The translations under genes and the position numbers were made by a program. A DNA stretch of 23,894 nucleotides, taken from contig JAYQLI010000028.1 in NCBI GenBank assembly GCA_038143065.1, positions 1 through 23,894 of the forward strand. Direction: 5' to 3'. Positions 11,340 through 21,935 of the stretch are shown piece by piece (within the stretch, counting starts at the first letter, position 1; each line of letters opens with the position of its first letter). This DNA comes from Rhodospirillales bacterium (GTDB lineage Bacteria > Pseudomonadota > Alphaproteobacteria > Bin95). Below the pieces are notes generated by a model that ran no database searches, was not told the origin of the DNA, and saw nothing but the letters and a program-made list of their open reading frames with translations.

Positions 11340-12669
11340 TCAACACACCGCAGTCGATACATCGAAAAACCTGTTGAGTTCGGCGATGGTCGAAAATGGC
11401 GCCTAACCTCGAACATTTGGATTGACGTTTCTAAAGATGGTATAGCTAAATCTCTCAGTAATATGGTCACGATACTGGACGGATTGAGTTGTTGGACTGG
11501 AGTGTTTGCTTTCGACGAGCTTGCAGAACAGATTATGGTCCTCCGCCCCCTACCCAACAGCAGCGGCAATCGAACTTCCACAATCCTCGGCCATTGCGAG
11601 ATGAAGATATCAGCACCGTCAAGATTTGGCTGAACCGTCGCCTAAAATGGGAGACAGTGAATAAAAATGAAGTATTCGATGCCATTCAGCTAGCAGCTCG
11701 TGAACGTATTATCTCACCCATCCGTCATTTATTGAGGGGCCCCCCCATGGAGGTGGACGAGGCGCATGATTTCCTTACGAGGTGTTGAACGCCACTTCAG
11801 CCTACGCGATACCGGCGAGCATCCAGATGCAATACGATATTCGGAACTGGTATTTCGCAAATGGTTAATCTCAGCTGTTGCAGGCGAAATGCGGCCAGCG
11901 TGCAAGGCTGACCACGTGTCTTGATCCTTGAGGGCGTACAGGGCGCAGGTAAGTCGACAGCTATTCGTATTCTGTGCGGTGACGCATACTTTGGAGACAG
12001 CCTACCAAAGCTCGATAGCAAAGATGCGGCTGATTATGCGAAGGAAAGTAGATAATTGAGCTGGCAGAATTGTCATCCGTATCGAAGACGGAGGTCGAGC
12101 ATGTGAAGGCTTTTATCACCCGCACCGAGGAAAAGTTCAGACCAGCCTATGGGCGTAACGAAATCGCCTACCAGCGCCGCTGCGTGTTTATTGGAACCAC
12201 AAACCGCACGGACTACCTGCGTGATGAAACGGGCAACCGCCGTTTTTGGCCCATTAAGCTGGAGACAGTCGATATAAAAGCAATCGAGCGGGACCGTGAT
12301 AAGATTTGGGCAGCGGCGAAGGCGCTATATGATGCTGGCGAGCAATGGTGGCTGACAGATGCCGAGGCGCTACTTGCAGAGGCACAGCAAGAACGGCGCA
12401 CAGCCGTGGACCCTCTTTACGATGTGGTGGCAGAATGGCTCAGCTCAACTAGAAAGGTGGAAACCTGCATGCGAGAAATTATGCAACATGTGGCATTTGT
12501 TGATGAGGCGACATCAGCCGCTGCTATGACACCACATCTACAGCACCGCATTCGCGGCGCGTTAAATGCAGCAGGCTTTGAAAGCACAGGACGGAAGTTC
12601 AGCGCCGGCGACTACAAGGGCATGACAAAGTTCCCCCTGCGCAGCGCGAGGCGCGATAGCCCCCATTAA
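11340..12669 (+). pseudogene. Virulence-associated E (VapE)-family P-loop helicase/primase of phage-satellite type; 5' part missing next to the IS, frameshifted
   Basis: WTGVFAFDELA; LILEGVQGAGKST (Walker A, ~11933-11959); IIELAEL (Walker B); RPAYGR; RRCVFIGTTN; LRDETGNRRFWPI. In-frame TAG at 12049-12051 where W is expected. Confidence 0.85.
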
Positions 12670-12682
12670 CGGCAAAAAGAGG

Positions 12683-12896
12683 GGAGCGTAGCGGTGGAGC
12701 GAGCCTCCGTTACGCGCTTTCCGCCCCTATTAGGGGGGAGCAGGTGGAGCTAGTGGAGCAATTATACCGAAACAATTACAGCACATATAACTATATGTTT
12801 TACAATGTATATTATGGTGTAATTGGGAAATAGTGCTTTACACCACGGTGGCGTTGCGTAAGTTACATGGAATTTGCTCCACTCGCTCCACCGCTC
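12683..12896. other. Putative replication origin: convergent GGAGC/GTGGAGC iterons flanking an AT-rich core
   Basis: gagcaggtggagctagtggagcaatt (12738-12763) is an imperfect inverted repeat of aatttgctccactcgctccaccgctc (12871-12896). More copies at 12683-12703. AT-rich spacer with internal palindromes. Directly after the VapE stop. Confidence 0.6.
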
Positions 12897-12912
12897 TACT
12901 TTGGCATCCAGC

Positions 12913-13103
12913 CAACGCCTCGTTCGTGCCAAAGATCTTCCATATTACGGAGTGAGAGCGGAAAACAAGAATCGTACAGCATCACAGCCAAGCGGATGAT
13001 CTCTGGGCTCGTTTTAAAGTACCTGAATGGGGAGTGTTTTGTCATTTGGGATGTCGGATAAATACACCCTGCTCGCTTCAACCGAGTTTAATCTGACAGT
13101 ACC
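12913..13103 (-). mobile_element. IS6-family left-end fragment
   Basis: End ggtactgtcaga (minus strand) at 13103, followed by MTKHSPFRYFKTSPEIIRLAVMLY...FPLSLRNMEDLWHERGV, then truncated. Confidence 0.85.
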
Positions 13104-13159
13104 ATCTATTTGAGTTCAGTATGATTTGAAAATGTAGTTGACGGTGGGAGGTCGTACAC

Positions 13160-15072
13160 ATGCAATATCACTTGAATGGGTTTCGCCCCGGCGATCCGTC
13201 AATTGCACCTGCAAACAAACCGTGTCATGGGCAGTGAGGTCGATATTCTTATAGTGGGCTGTGGTCCGGCAGGTTTGACCCTAGCAGCCCAACTTAGCAT
13301 TTGCAACGTCTCTGTTCGGATTGTGGAACGGAAACCGGGTCCGCTGAAGTCGGACAAGCAGACGGAGTCGCGTGTCGGTCCATCGAAATGTTTGAGGCCT
13401 TTGGCTTTTCAGAGAAAGTCATCAAAGAGGGCTATCCACGTCAACGAAGTCAGCTTTTGGCGCCCGGGGAACGGATGGTGCGCCGCTTGTCGCGCGGATC
13501 GCATTCAAGACGTCGAAGACGATCTGTCTGAAATGCCTCACGTCATTTTAAGCCAGGCGCGCATCCATGACTTCTTTCTGGATGTCATGGCCAAATCTCC
13601 AATCCGGCTGGTTCCGGATTATAGTCGAGAGCTCTTGTCATTCACGCGCGACGATACGCAGAACTATCCGATTGAGGCAACCTTCAAATGTCTCGACAAA
13701 GACGGAGAACAGGAAACCATTCGCGCAAAGTATCTTGTGGGCTGCGATGGGGCGCGGAGCAAAGTGCGCTCTGGTTTGGGGTTAGGGCTAAAGGGCGCGT
13801 CAGCGCGGCAACTTTGGGGCGTTATGGACGTTCTGCCACGCACCAGTTTTCCCGACATTCGTTTGAAATGTGCGATCCAATCGGCGGACCAAGGCAGCAT
13901 CCTGATCATTCCGCGCGAAGGCGGATATATGGTCCGACTTTACATTGAACTTGATGCCCTAAAGGACGGCGAGCGCGCGTCAGATCGCGGCGTTACGTCA
14001 GAACAGTTGATTGACAAAGCCCGCTGCATTCTAAGCCCTTTTGAATTCGAAACCGCACAGGTCGCATGGTGGTCGGCAAATGAGATTGGCCAACGTGTTT
14101 GCGATGGATTTGATGACGTTGCCGCCGATAAACGAGGCAAGGTCACACCGCGCGTCTTTATTGCGGGCGACGCCTGTCACACCCACAGCCGAAGAAGGCC
14201 GGCCAAGGGATGAACGTTTCAATGGCCGATGCGTTTAACTTGGGGTGGAAATTGGCAGCCGTGTTGCAGGGGCAATCACCTTGGGCACTTCTCGATACAT
14301 ATTCATCCGAGCGGCAAGCCAAGGCGCGAGAGCTTATCGACTTTGACCGAGACATGGCGCGTTTGTTCAGTGAGAAGCCAAAAACAAAGGAAGAGGCCGC
14401 GCAGTTCCAAGCTTACTCAAGCAACACGGACGCTACACCGCTGGGGTCGAGACCTGCTTATGATCCGTCATTGATTACCGCAAGCAGTCCTGCCCAAGCC
14501 CTTGAGGGATATCCCATCGGCAAACGCTTCCATTCGGCGCCGGTGATCCGCTTGGGTGATGCGAAACCCATGGAGCCAGGCCATGCATTGAAGGCAGACG
14601 GACGGTGGCGGATCATCGCTTTCGCCCCGGAAGGAGACAACGGAATTAGAAGGTGGTCCTTAGATTCCCTGTGCGAATTTTCGTAGTTGCGGCTTGATTA
14701 AGGGGATAACTCCGAAAGAGGTCGATATGGACGCAACAATCGACTTACGCGCCGTCTTTCAATTACCTCACCGGAGAGATGGATTTTTCGCAAATGCCAT
14801 CTTTGTTGCAACCTAAGAAGGGCACCATGGGGCTGATTTGGATTACGAAAAAAGCATTTTGCGAACCAAACAAAAGGTGACATCTTCGACATGTGGGGGA
14901 TCGACCGCACTCAGGGCGCGGTCTTTGTACTGACGTCCAGATCAACATGTGTCTTTGGTTTGTCCCATTCTCTGAAGTGGCAGAAATAAAGGCCTTCTTT
15001 GCAGCGGTGTTTTTGGACAACTACACAGCCATAGCTCTACGCTCCTTTTCTAGGTGTCTCCAAAAAAATTGA
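13160..15072 (+). CDS. FAD-dependent aromatic monooxygenase (phenol 2-monooxygenase / 3-hydroxybenzoate 4-monooxygenase family), frameshifted; 3' end approximate
   Basis: RBS ggagg, then MQYHLNGF. Also ILIVGCGPAGL, GQADGVACRSIEMF, LVGCDGARS, FIAGDACHTHS...GMNVSMADAFNLGWKLA, and C-terminal GKRFHSAPVIRLGDA and ADGRWR. Confidence 0.9.
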
Positions 15073-15092
15073 TCCTCCCCTTGAACGGTCAT

Positions 15093-15515
15093 GGTGCTGT
15101 CAGACTAATGGAAACTAGCATTGTATTGCTGTCGCAACCTGAACCTATGCGCTCAATAATTGGCGCCACTCAGTCAGAGCAGCAGCACGGTTGAGCTAGA
15201 AATTGTCTCGTGAGTAGAAGTGGCGTTCCTGATTGAAATGGTTGTGGACTGAAGAGTGGTCTGCGGCAGAACTTCTGCAGACATCGGACCAAATCTGTTC
15301 ACAAAACCGAACTGTTTCGTGGCTGATCTCAATGCCTCGTTCGTGCAAAGGTCTTACACATTACGGAGTGAGGGGCGGAAACCGAACATAGAGCATCACA
15401 GCCAAGCGGATGATCTCAGGGCTCGTTTTATAGTACCTGAATGGGAGTGTTTTGGCATACGGCGAGGCTACGAAACCACCCTGCACGGCTCAAGCTCGTT
15501 TTGTCTGACAGTGCC
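15093..15515 (-). mobile_element. Internally deleted IS6-family element with both ends (423 bp)
   Basis: Termini ggtgctgtcagac and gtctgacagtgcc. Transposase N-terminus (...HETVRF..NRFGPM) is joined directly to the C-terminus (HSSVHNHFNQERHFYSR...EWRQLLSA*). Confidence 0.85.
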
Positions 15516-15526
15516 CTTTGCCGCAA

Positions 15527-16213
15527 TCATTCAATCGGCCGAGTAGGCTCCAATTTTGAAGTACTCAACCGATTGTTCACGAGCGCCTCAGCAAAGGTGA
15601 CACCTGCTGCAACACCATCAATAACGGGTAGTCCGAATTCCTCGCTGAGCTGTGCCATAAGATCCGCCATCCCGGCACACCCAAGAACGATTGCTTCTGT
15701 ATTGTCTTGCTCGATTGACTCGCGGATTTCAGATCTGATTTTAAACAATGTTGCCGGATCGCCCTCTTCCAGTTTTAAAACTGGAATATCTGTGGCACGA
15801 ACCCGTACGCATTTTTGGTGAAGACCATAGCGCATAAGGTTGTTTTCTAAACCCGGTATGGAACGTGAAAGTGTTGTTATAACACTAAATTTATTGGCGA
15901 CCATACTGGCTGCGTGATAAGCGGCCTCGCCAATACCCAACACGGGTACTTTGACCAGTGTCCGCACCGCATCGACACCCGTGTCATCGAAACAGGCAAT
16001 AACGATCGCATCGACATCCGGATGCCGCGAAACTTCAGCTAGCAAGCCGGGAATACAGGTGGCGACGTCCAGAAACCCCTGAATACTCGCTGGTCCTTCT
16101 TGCGAATTAGCGGCAATGATTTCGGTATCTGGGCGGGCAATATCCCGCGCCGCTGTCGCGATCTTGTCGGTCATTGAGGTGGTCGTATTGGGGTTGATTA
16201 CGAGTATTTTCAT
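15527..16213 (-). CDS. Asp/Glu/hydantoin racemase family protein (hydantoin/allantoin racemase-like)
   Basis: MKILVINPNTTTSMT; two catalytic Cys motifs, IACFDD and LGCAGM; GLPVIDGV. Confidence 0.93.
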   Translation of the reverse strand: MKILVINPNTTTSMTDKIATAARDIARPDTEIIAANSQEGPASIQGFLDVATCIPGLLAEVSRHPDVDAIVIACFDDTGVDAVRTLVKVPVLGIGEAAYHAASMVANKFSVITTLSRSIPGLENNLMRYGLHQKCVRVRATDIPVLKLEEGDPATLFKIRSEIRESIEQDNTEAIVLGCAGMADLMAQLSEEFGLPVIDGVAAGVTFAEALVNNRLSTSKLEPTRPIE

Positions 16214-16219
16214 ATCAGC

Positions 16220-16942
16220 TCAAACTTCCCCACCCAGATAGGCGGCTTTAATCCGGTCATCGTGCAACAGCTCTTTCGAGTTCCCCTCGATCACGATGTT
16301 TCCTGTCGCCATAGCGTAAGCCCGGTGCGAAATGCTCAGCGCCATGCGTGAATTTTGCTCGACCAGCAACACCGAAACGCCTTCGTCGCGATTGATTGCA
16401 ACGATTGAACGGGCAATATCTTGTACCAGTTTGGGTGCGATCCCAAGGCTTGGTTCATCCAGCAGCAAGAGCTTGGGTTTTGCCATCAATGCACGGCCAA
16501 TCACCATCATCTGTTGCTCGCCACCCGAAAGTGTTCCGGCAGCCTGACTGTAACGCTCTTTCAGGCGAGGGAAGCGTGTCAGAATGCTTTCCAAAGTGTT
16601 CTGAATGTCCGCTTTGTCCTCGCGCGTGAAGGCCCCCATCATCAGATTGTCCTTAACAGACATAAAAGGAAAGACATGGCGTCCTTCGGGCACCATTGCG
16701 ATGCCGCGCCTAACTATCGATGACGGATCAGTGCCGTCCACGCGCTCTCCTTCGAATGTAACAGATCCACTTTTGGGATTGGCTAAACCAGTGATGGTGC
16801 GCAAGATTGATGACTTGCCTGCTCCATTCGCCCCGATCAAGGCTACGGTTTCACCTTGGCTCACGCTCAGTGAAACGCCCTTCAGCGCATACACATGGTC
16901 GTAATAAAGTTCGACATCTTTGAAATCCAACATGGCTGTCAT
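16220..16942 (-). CDS. Liv-type ABC transporter ATP-binding protein (LivF-like)
   Basis: GANGAGKS, LSGGEQQM, LLLDEPSLG, VEQN. Confidence 0.95.
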   Translation of the reverse strand: MTAMLDFKDVELYYDHVYALKGVSLSVSQGETVALIGANGAGKSSILRTITGLANPKSGSVTFEGERVDGTDPSSIVRRGIAMVPEGRHVFPFMSVKDNLMMGAFTREDKADIQNTLESILTRFPRLKERYSQAAGTLSGGEQQMMVIGRALMAKPKLLLLDEPSLGIAPKLVQDIARSIVAINRDEGVSVLLVEQNSRMALSISHRAYAMATGNIVIEGNSKELLHDDRIKAAYLGGEV

Positions 16943-16945
16943 GAT

Positions 16946-17728
16946 TTACATCCCGATCTCATCGTCGACGCTGCCTAGATAAGCCTCGATGACTTTTTCA
17001 TTGTTTTGAATCTCAGAAGGCGTACCCTCTGCTATCTTTTCACCAAAGTTCAGCACCACAATCCGATCCGAGATATTCATGACCGCAGGCATATCGTGCT
17101 CTACCAGCATGACCGTGACATCGCGTTCATCACGCACAGAGCGCACCAAATCGACCATGTTCATGGTCTCATCGTGGTTCATGCCCGCAAAGGGCTCATC
17201 AAGCAGCAACACCTTTGGATCCGTCGCAAGGCCAATTGCAATGCCTAATGCACGCAGACTACCCTGCGGTAAATTGCTGGCCTGTTCATTGCGGATATCC
17301 CACATACCAAGAAATTCCAGTAACTCGTCTGCATATTTCCCGAACGCCGCAACATCCTCCTTGGCCGTCTTTGAACCCCAGAAGTATCCCGCAAGCGAAG
17401 CTTTAGCGCGCAAATGCTGCGCAACTACAACACTTTCACGTACGGTCATACTTTTGAAAATCGTAGTCTCCTGAAACGTGCGCACCACTCCTTTGCGCGC
17501 AACTATATGCGGCTTTAGGTTGGAAATGCGCTCGCCCCGATAGATCACCTCTCCAGAGGTGGTTGGTGTAAAAGACGCAATCATCTTGAACAGTGTAGAT
17601 TTGCCTGCGCCATTTGGACCAATCACCGATAGTATTTCATTTTCGGCCACATCAAAGCTGATCGCATTGTTCGCGGTCAAGCCACCATATTTCTTGGTCA
17701 CATTCTTAACTTGGAGAAGCGGGCTCAT
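16946..17728 (-). CDS. Liv-type ABC transporter ATP-binding protein (LivG-like)
   Basis: GPNGAGKS, RTFQ, LLLDEPFAG, VEHDM, VIEAYLG. Confidence 0.95.
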   Translation of the reverse strand: MSPLLQVKNVTKKYGGLTANNAISFDVAENEILSVIGPNGAGKSTLFKMIASFTPTTSGEVIYRGERISNLKPHIVARKGVVRTFQETTIFKSMTVRESVVVAQHLRAKASLAGYFWGSKTAKEDVAAFGKYADELLEFLGMWDIRNEQASNLPQGSLRALGIAIGLATDPKVLLLDEPFAGMNHDETMNMVDLVRSVRDERDVTVMLVEHDMPAVMNISDRIVVLNFGEKIAEGTPSEIQNNEKVIEAYLGSVDDEIGM

Positions 17729-18706
17729 TTGTCACCTCCTTTGCTGAAACGGATACTCAGTAACCCGTTGGGTAGGAAGCGAATGATGATTATCAGGATA
17801 GTAGAATAGATTAGCATCTGATATTTCCCGAATTCAAACAATAGGTCCCATCCGAAGTATAGGACTAGCGTGCCCAGCATTGGGCCAAAAACATACCCCA
17901 GACCGCCAAGAAAGCAGTTCAGCATGAAGTTGACAGAGTCCGCCACTTGGAAGCTGGACGGATAAACCGACTGCGCGATTGATCCGAACATGGCTCCACC
18001 AAGTCCTCCAAAAAAGCTGGAAATGGCAAAGATCACGATGCGAATGTAGGAAATGTTTACCCCAATGGAACTGGCGAGTTCTTCGTTCTGTTGCATCGAG
18101 CGACAAAGGTGCCCGAGGCGGGAATTCACCAGACGGTAGAGCGCTGCATAGGTTGGGAGCATGATAATGCACGCAGTGTAATAGAAGGCCAACTTGGTAC
18201 TCTCCATCGCGGCGAAGTCAGGCAGGATGGGAATGCCAAACACAGAGATACCCGAGGGCAGAGGTATGTTTGAGATACCCCGCGCCCCGTTGGTGATTGG
18301 CAACGCCAATGCTGTTAAAGTGACAACTTGAGTTAAAACAAGCGTTATCATTGCGAAATATACGCCGCGCAGGCGTAGGGATTGGCAGGCCGATCAAAAT
18401 CGCCACCACTGCTGCGAACAGGCCCGCCGCAGGCAACGAAATCCAAAATGACCAGCCTACTTTGACCACCAGAATAGCTGATACATACGCACCTATCAGT
18501 GCGAACGCACCCTGGCCGATATTAATTCGGCCAATGTAAAAGGTTAACCAAACCCCTGCGCTGGCGATGGCCAAGAGAGCCACAGAGGTGAGGGTAAAGT
18601 AAAAATCCCAGCGTCCCGTAACGCCAATTGCAAAGGGTACACCGATGAAGATCATGAACAAGAAGATTCCGACGCCCGTGAGTTGTTTTGAGTTAAATCC
18701 AAGCAT
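17725..18706 (-). CDS. Liv-type ABC transporter permease (LivM-like), frameshifted near 18370
   Basis: GRINIGQGAFALIGAY, NEELASSIGVN, FLGGLG..FGP, FLPNGL. Confidence 0.9.
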
Positions 18707-18710
18707 CACA

Positions 18711-19579
18711 TCAACCCCACGGCTTGCCCATCAGACCTTGCGGTCTAACAGCGAGGAAGATCATTAAGGAAACGAAGATCACGAGATAGGTGATATCACC
18801 GTATTGATAGAGCAAGCGCGAGGCCAATGGCTTCCATAAAGCCAAGGATGATACCTCCCCAAATCGCACCGGATATGACACCCGCCCCACCGATCATGAC
18901 CATCATAAAGGCTTTGATGGATGTCGCGCCGCCCATTCCAAGGTTCACCCCAGTGATCGTGACCAAAGGCCACCAACCAGACCCGCAAGCATCGCGCCCA
19001 GCGCAAATCCGATCATTGAATACCGGTCGACATTCACGCCCATCAATTGCGCTGCTGTTCGATCTTGCGCCAAGGCGCGCAAGGCACGGCCGGTTTTGGT
19101 GTATTGCATCAAGGCAATGAACGCGATGATCGACAAGATCGCGAGCACACAAATCAAGATGCGATCATAGGGCATAATCAGCCTGAAATCCCAGTTGAAC
19201 ACGCCATCAACAATCTTAGGGACACCGCGCTGTTTCTCACCGAAAACAAGTAAAATGACCGCATCGAGAAAAAAGCGATCCCAGCCGCGAGCAACATCGT
19301 GCTTTCCTCGCGGGATGATCCTTTGATTACAGGTGCAAAGAGATACCGCTCAATCAATGCCCCCAATATAGCCAAGGTCACACAGGACATTACAAGCGCC
19401 AAAACAAATGGAACGCCCCAATGGCCATAGAATGTATAGGTTACGAAGCCACCAATTACATACATCTGCCCATGAGCAAAATTGAGGACATTCATGAGAG
19501 CGAAGATCAGGGTTAGACCAAGCGCGATCATCGCGTATTGGGACCCCAGATAGACGCCGTTAGCCAGTATCTGTTCCAT
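18711..19579 (-). CDS. Liv-type ABC transporter permease (LivH-like), frameshifted
   Basis: ALGLTLIFALMNVLNFAHG, TGRALRALAQD..AAQLMGVN, IGGAG, RPQGLMGKPWG*. Confidence 0.9.
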
Positions 19580-19601
19580 GCTTTCTTCTTTCTTAGAAAA
19601 A

Positions 19602-19624
19602 CCCTGGGCCAATTTGGCCCAGGG
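19602..19624. other. 23-bp palindrome/stem-loop between the substrate-binding and permease genes
   Basis: ccctgggccaa-t-ttggcccaggg. Confidence 0.7.
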
Positions 19625-19632
19625 AAGCTCTG

Positions 19633-19696
19633 CTCAAGACAGGTCCAAAAGCGGGGAGGAAATACTCAGGACAGGTCCAAAAGCGGGGAGGAAATA
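19633..19696. repeat. Tandem duplication, 2 x 32 bp with 1 mismatch
   Basis: ctca(a/g)gacaggtccaaaagcggggaggaaata at 19633-19664 and 19665-19696, abutting the SBP stop codon. Confidence 0.92.
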
Positions 19697-20886
19697 TTAG
19701 TCTACTTCAGCGACAAACAGCGTTTCAAACTCGCCGTCCTGATAGACGTTGACTACTAATGGTACGGAGACTTGACGCTTTTGGCCAAATGATGACATGC
19801 CAACGTAACGTAGTTTTGCATCACCGTTCATATAGGGGTTTGGTGCTTCAAAAGGTGTCCATTGTCGCCTGGAATGCATCTACATCAGTGATCGCGGATG
19901 GATCGGCTTTCAGCGTTTCTAAAATATACTCCAACGCATAGACTTTGGTGTTGGACTCGTCATTGTACTCGCCAAACATATCAGTGTAACGCTGAACGAA
20001 TTCATTCATCATTGGAGATGCAAGCTCTGGCGTGGAGGCCCCACCAACAGAGATAAACCCGTTTGCTAAATCACCCGCACCTTCGGCCAAAACACCCGCA
20101 TCTTGAGCAGTTTCTGTTGAGATGACACCCTGGAAGCCCAATTCGCGCGCTGAGCGAATGAGCTGGGGTGCATTCGCAGGCGATACGCCCGATAGTACCA
20201 GCAGATCAGGACGGGAACGCATAACTGGCGTCAAAACTGGCGTAAAGTCAGTCGTGTCAACCTGGTATGTCACGTTTGCCGAAACCACTTCCATCCCAAG
20301 CGCCGTGGCGGCTTCAACACCACCATCACGTTGGCTAAGTGGATCAGGATTCGTTGGCCGCGATGAAGGCGACGGTTTTGACGCCCTTTTCATCCATCAG
20401 GTATTTGTAGATCGCAGGACCTGATTGGTAGTTGGCAACCATACCCAGAACAGCGTTGGAGGCTGGCGCTTGATATAGTGATTTGGGAAACGCGTACGGG
20501 AAATACATGATCCCGTTGGCTTCCAGCCACAGGACGCACAGCTGCCGCGCCGTCGTCAACGTTCGGACCAACAACATAGTGGATGCCTTCCTGAGCCATT
20601 TTTTCCATGCCTGCAATGGCACGCTTAGGATCTTTCTGGTCGTCAAAAGACACTATTTCAATGTCATAGGTAGTTCCGCCGATGGTATAGCCGCCAGTCT
20701 CATTGATCCATGACGCGCGCGCTTCCATTGAGCGTTGATTTGAAATTCCCCAAGCCGCCGCCGGGCCGCTAGTCACTCCAACAAAGCCAATTTTCAGAAC
20801 AGTATTTTCTGCGAGGGCGGTTGTTGCTTGAAGGGCGGTCAGTGTTACAGCCGTTAAGCTGCTTTCATAAGTGTTCTACGTTGCAT
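19697..20886 (-). CDS. Liv-type ABC transporter substrate-binding protein, frameshifted
   Basis: Signal peptide MQRRTLMK (twin-Arg-like); LKIGFVGVTSGPAAAWG; DDQKDPKRA; TTDFTPVLT..MRSRPDL. First gene of the ABC operon. Confidence 0.9.
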
Positions 20887-20982
20887 TTTTTAACTCCCGT
20901 TGAATTCGTTTTCTGCGCGTTATGCGCCATTATTGACCGGCAGTTAAATGGAATCTCCATGCGTGCCGCCCAATCATTTCAC

Positions 20983-21028
20983 GATTGTTAACAATCTTTG
21001 TCAACATAGTTTGTATTTCAGTCGACAA
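20983..21028. promoter_or_regulatory. Putative GntR-family operator boxes (TTGT-N2-ACAA type)
   Basis: Perfect palindrome gattgttaacaatc (20983-20996), plus ttgtcaacat (20998-21007) and cagtcgacaa (21019-21028), in the divergent promoter region. Confidence 0.65.
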
Positions 21029-21115
21029 ATTCTTATGCTTGGACTTACACTGAATGAGGTTTAATCGTTTCTAAAAGCCAATGACGAAAAACCAATCAAT
21101 ATAGAAAGTGATCTC

Positions 21116-21834
21116 GTGTCTTCCAAACTAAAAGAAAGCACTATTGCTTCATCGAATATAAAATCTCGCTCAGACGAGGGCATTATTGTTGAACGCATTT
21201 ATAAAGCGGTCATGGAACAACGGTTGGCACCGAAAACAAAACTGAGCGAGGCCCGCCTCTGCGAGACATTTGGCGTTGGTCGCATGCATGTTCGGCGCGC
21301 CCTTCTTCTCCTCGCAAGTCGGGAATCATCGAGCTACAATCAAATCGCGGCGCCTATGTCGCCTGCCCTGACGAATCCGAGGCGAACGATGTCTTCGCAG
21401 CCCGCATGTTGATCGAACCACCGCTCGTTCGGCAAATGGCGCAAAGCCCAGATAATATTGATCTGACACTCCTCACCGACCACATTGCGCTCGAGGATGC
21501 TGCGCGTAAGATGAATGAGCGAACCGAGATCATTCGGCTGTCCGGTGAATTTCACACCAAGCTCGCTCAATCGACGGGAAACAAATTTGTCTTCCGGATG
21601 ATGCGCGAGCTTGTGACGCGAACATCACTCATTGTCGGCCTCTTTGGATCATCCGAAAACGCCAGTTGCCCAGATGATGAACACAGTAACATTCTGGAGG
21701 CGATCCGGTTGCGAAACCCGGAACTTGCCGAAAAACTTCTCATATCTCACTTGAACCATATTCAGAGCGGCCTTGACATGACATCGCGGCAGGCACCTCA
21801 GGACGATTTAGCAGCTATTCTTGGATCGGAGTGA
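21116..21834 (+). CDS. GntR-family (FCD/FadR) transcriptional regulator, frameshifted
   Basis: wHTH LAPKTKLSEARLCETFGVGRMHVRRAL; FCD domain EFHTKLA...EHSNILEAI...HL. Divergent from the ABC operon. Confidence 0.9.
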
Positions 21835-21935
21835 TTTTGGGCAATCCCCGTTCTGTGTTGATGAAACGAGGAATTTTTATAGATATTAATCAGATTGGTG
21901 CTGTTTGGCGTAGGTTGAGCTTAGCCACTCTCAAC

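Noticed and set aside
11340-12896. Intact prophage or satellite
   Set aside because: No integrase, structural or packaging genes; only a truncated VapE and a putative origin remain.
15256-15546. Plus-strand ORFs over IS6 remnants (also 8254-8517, 12867-13061, 21831-22037)
   Set aside because: Antisense shadows of the degenerate transposase.
19633-19696. 32-bp repeats as a CRISPR array
   Set aside because: Two directly adjacent copies, no spacer and no cas genes.
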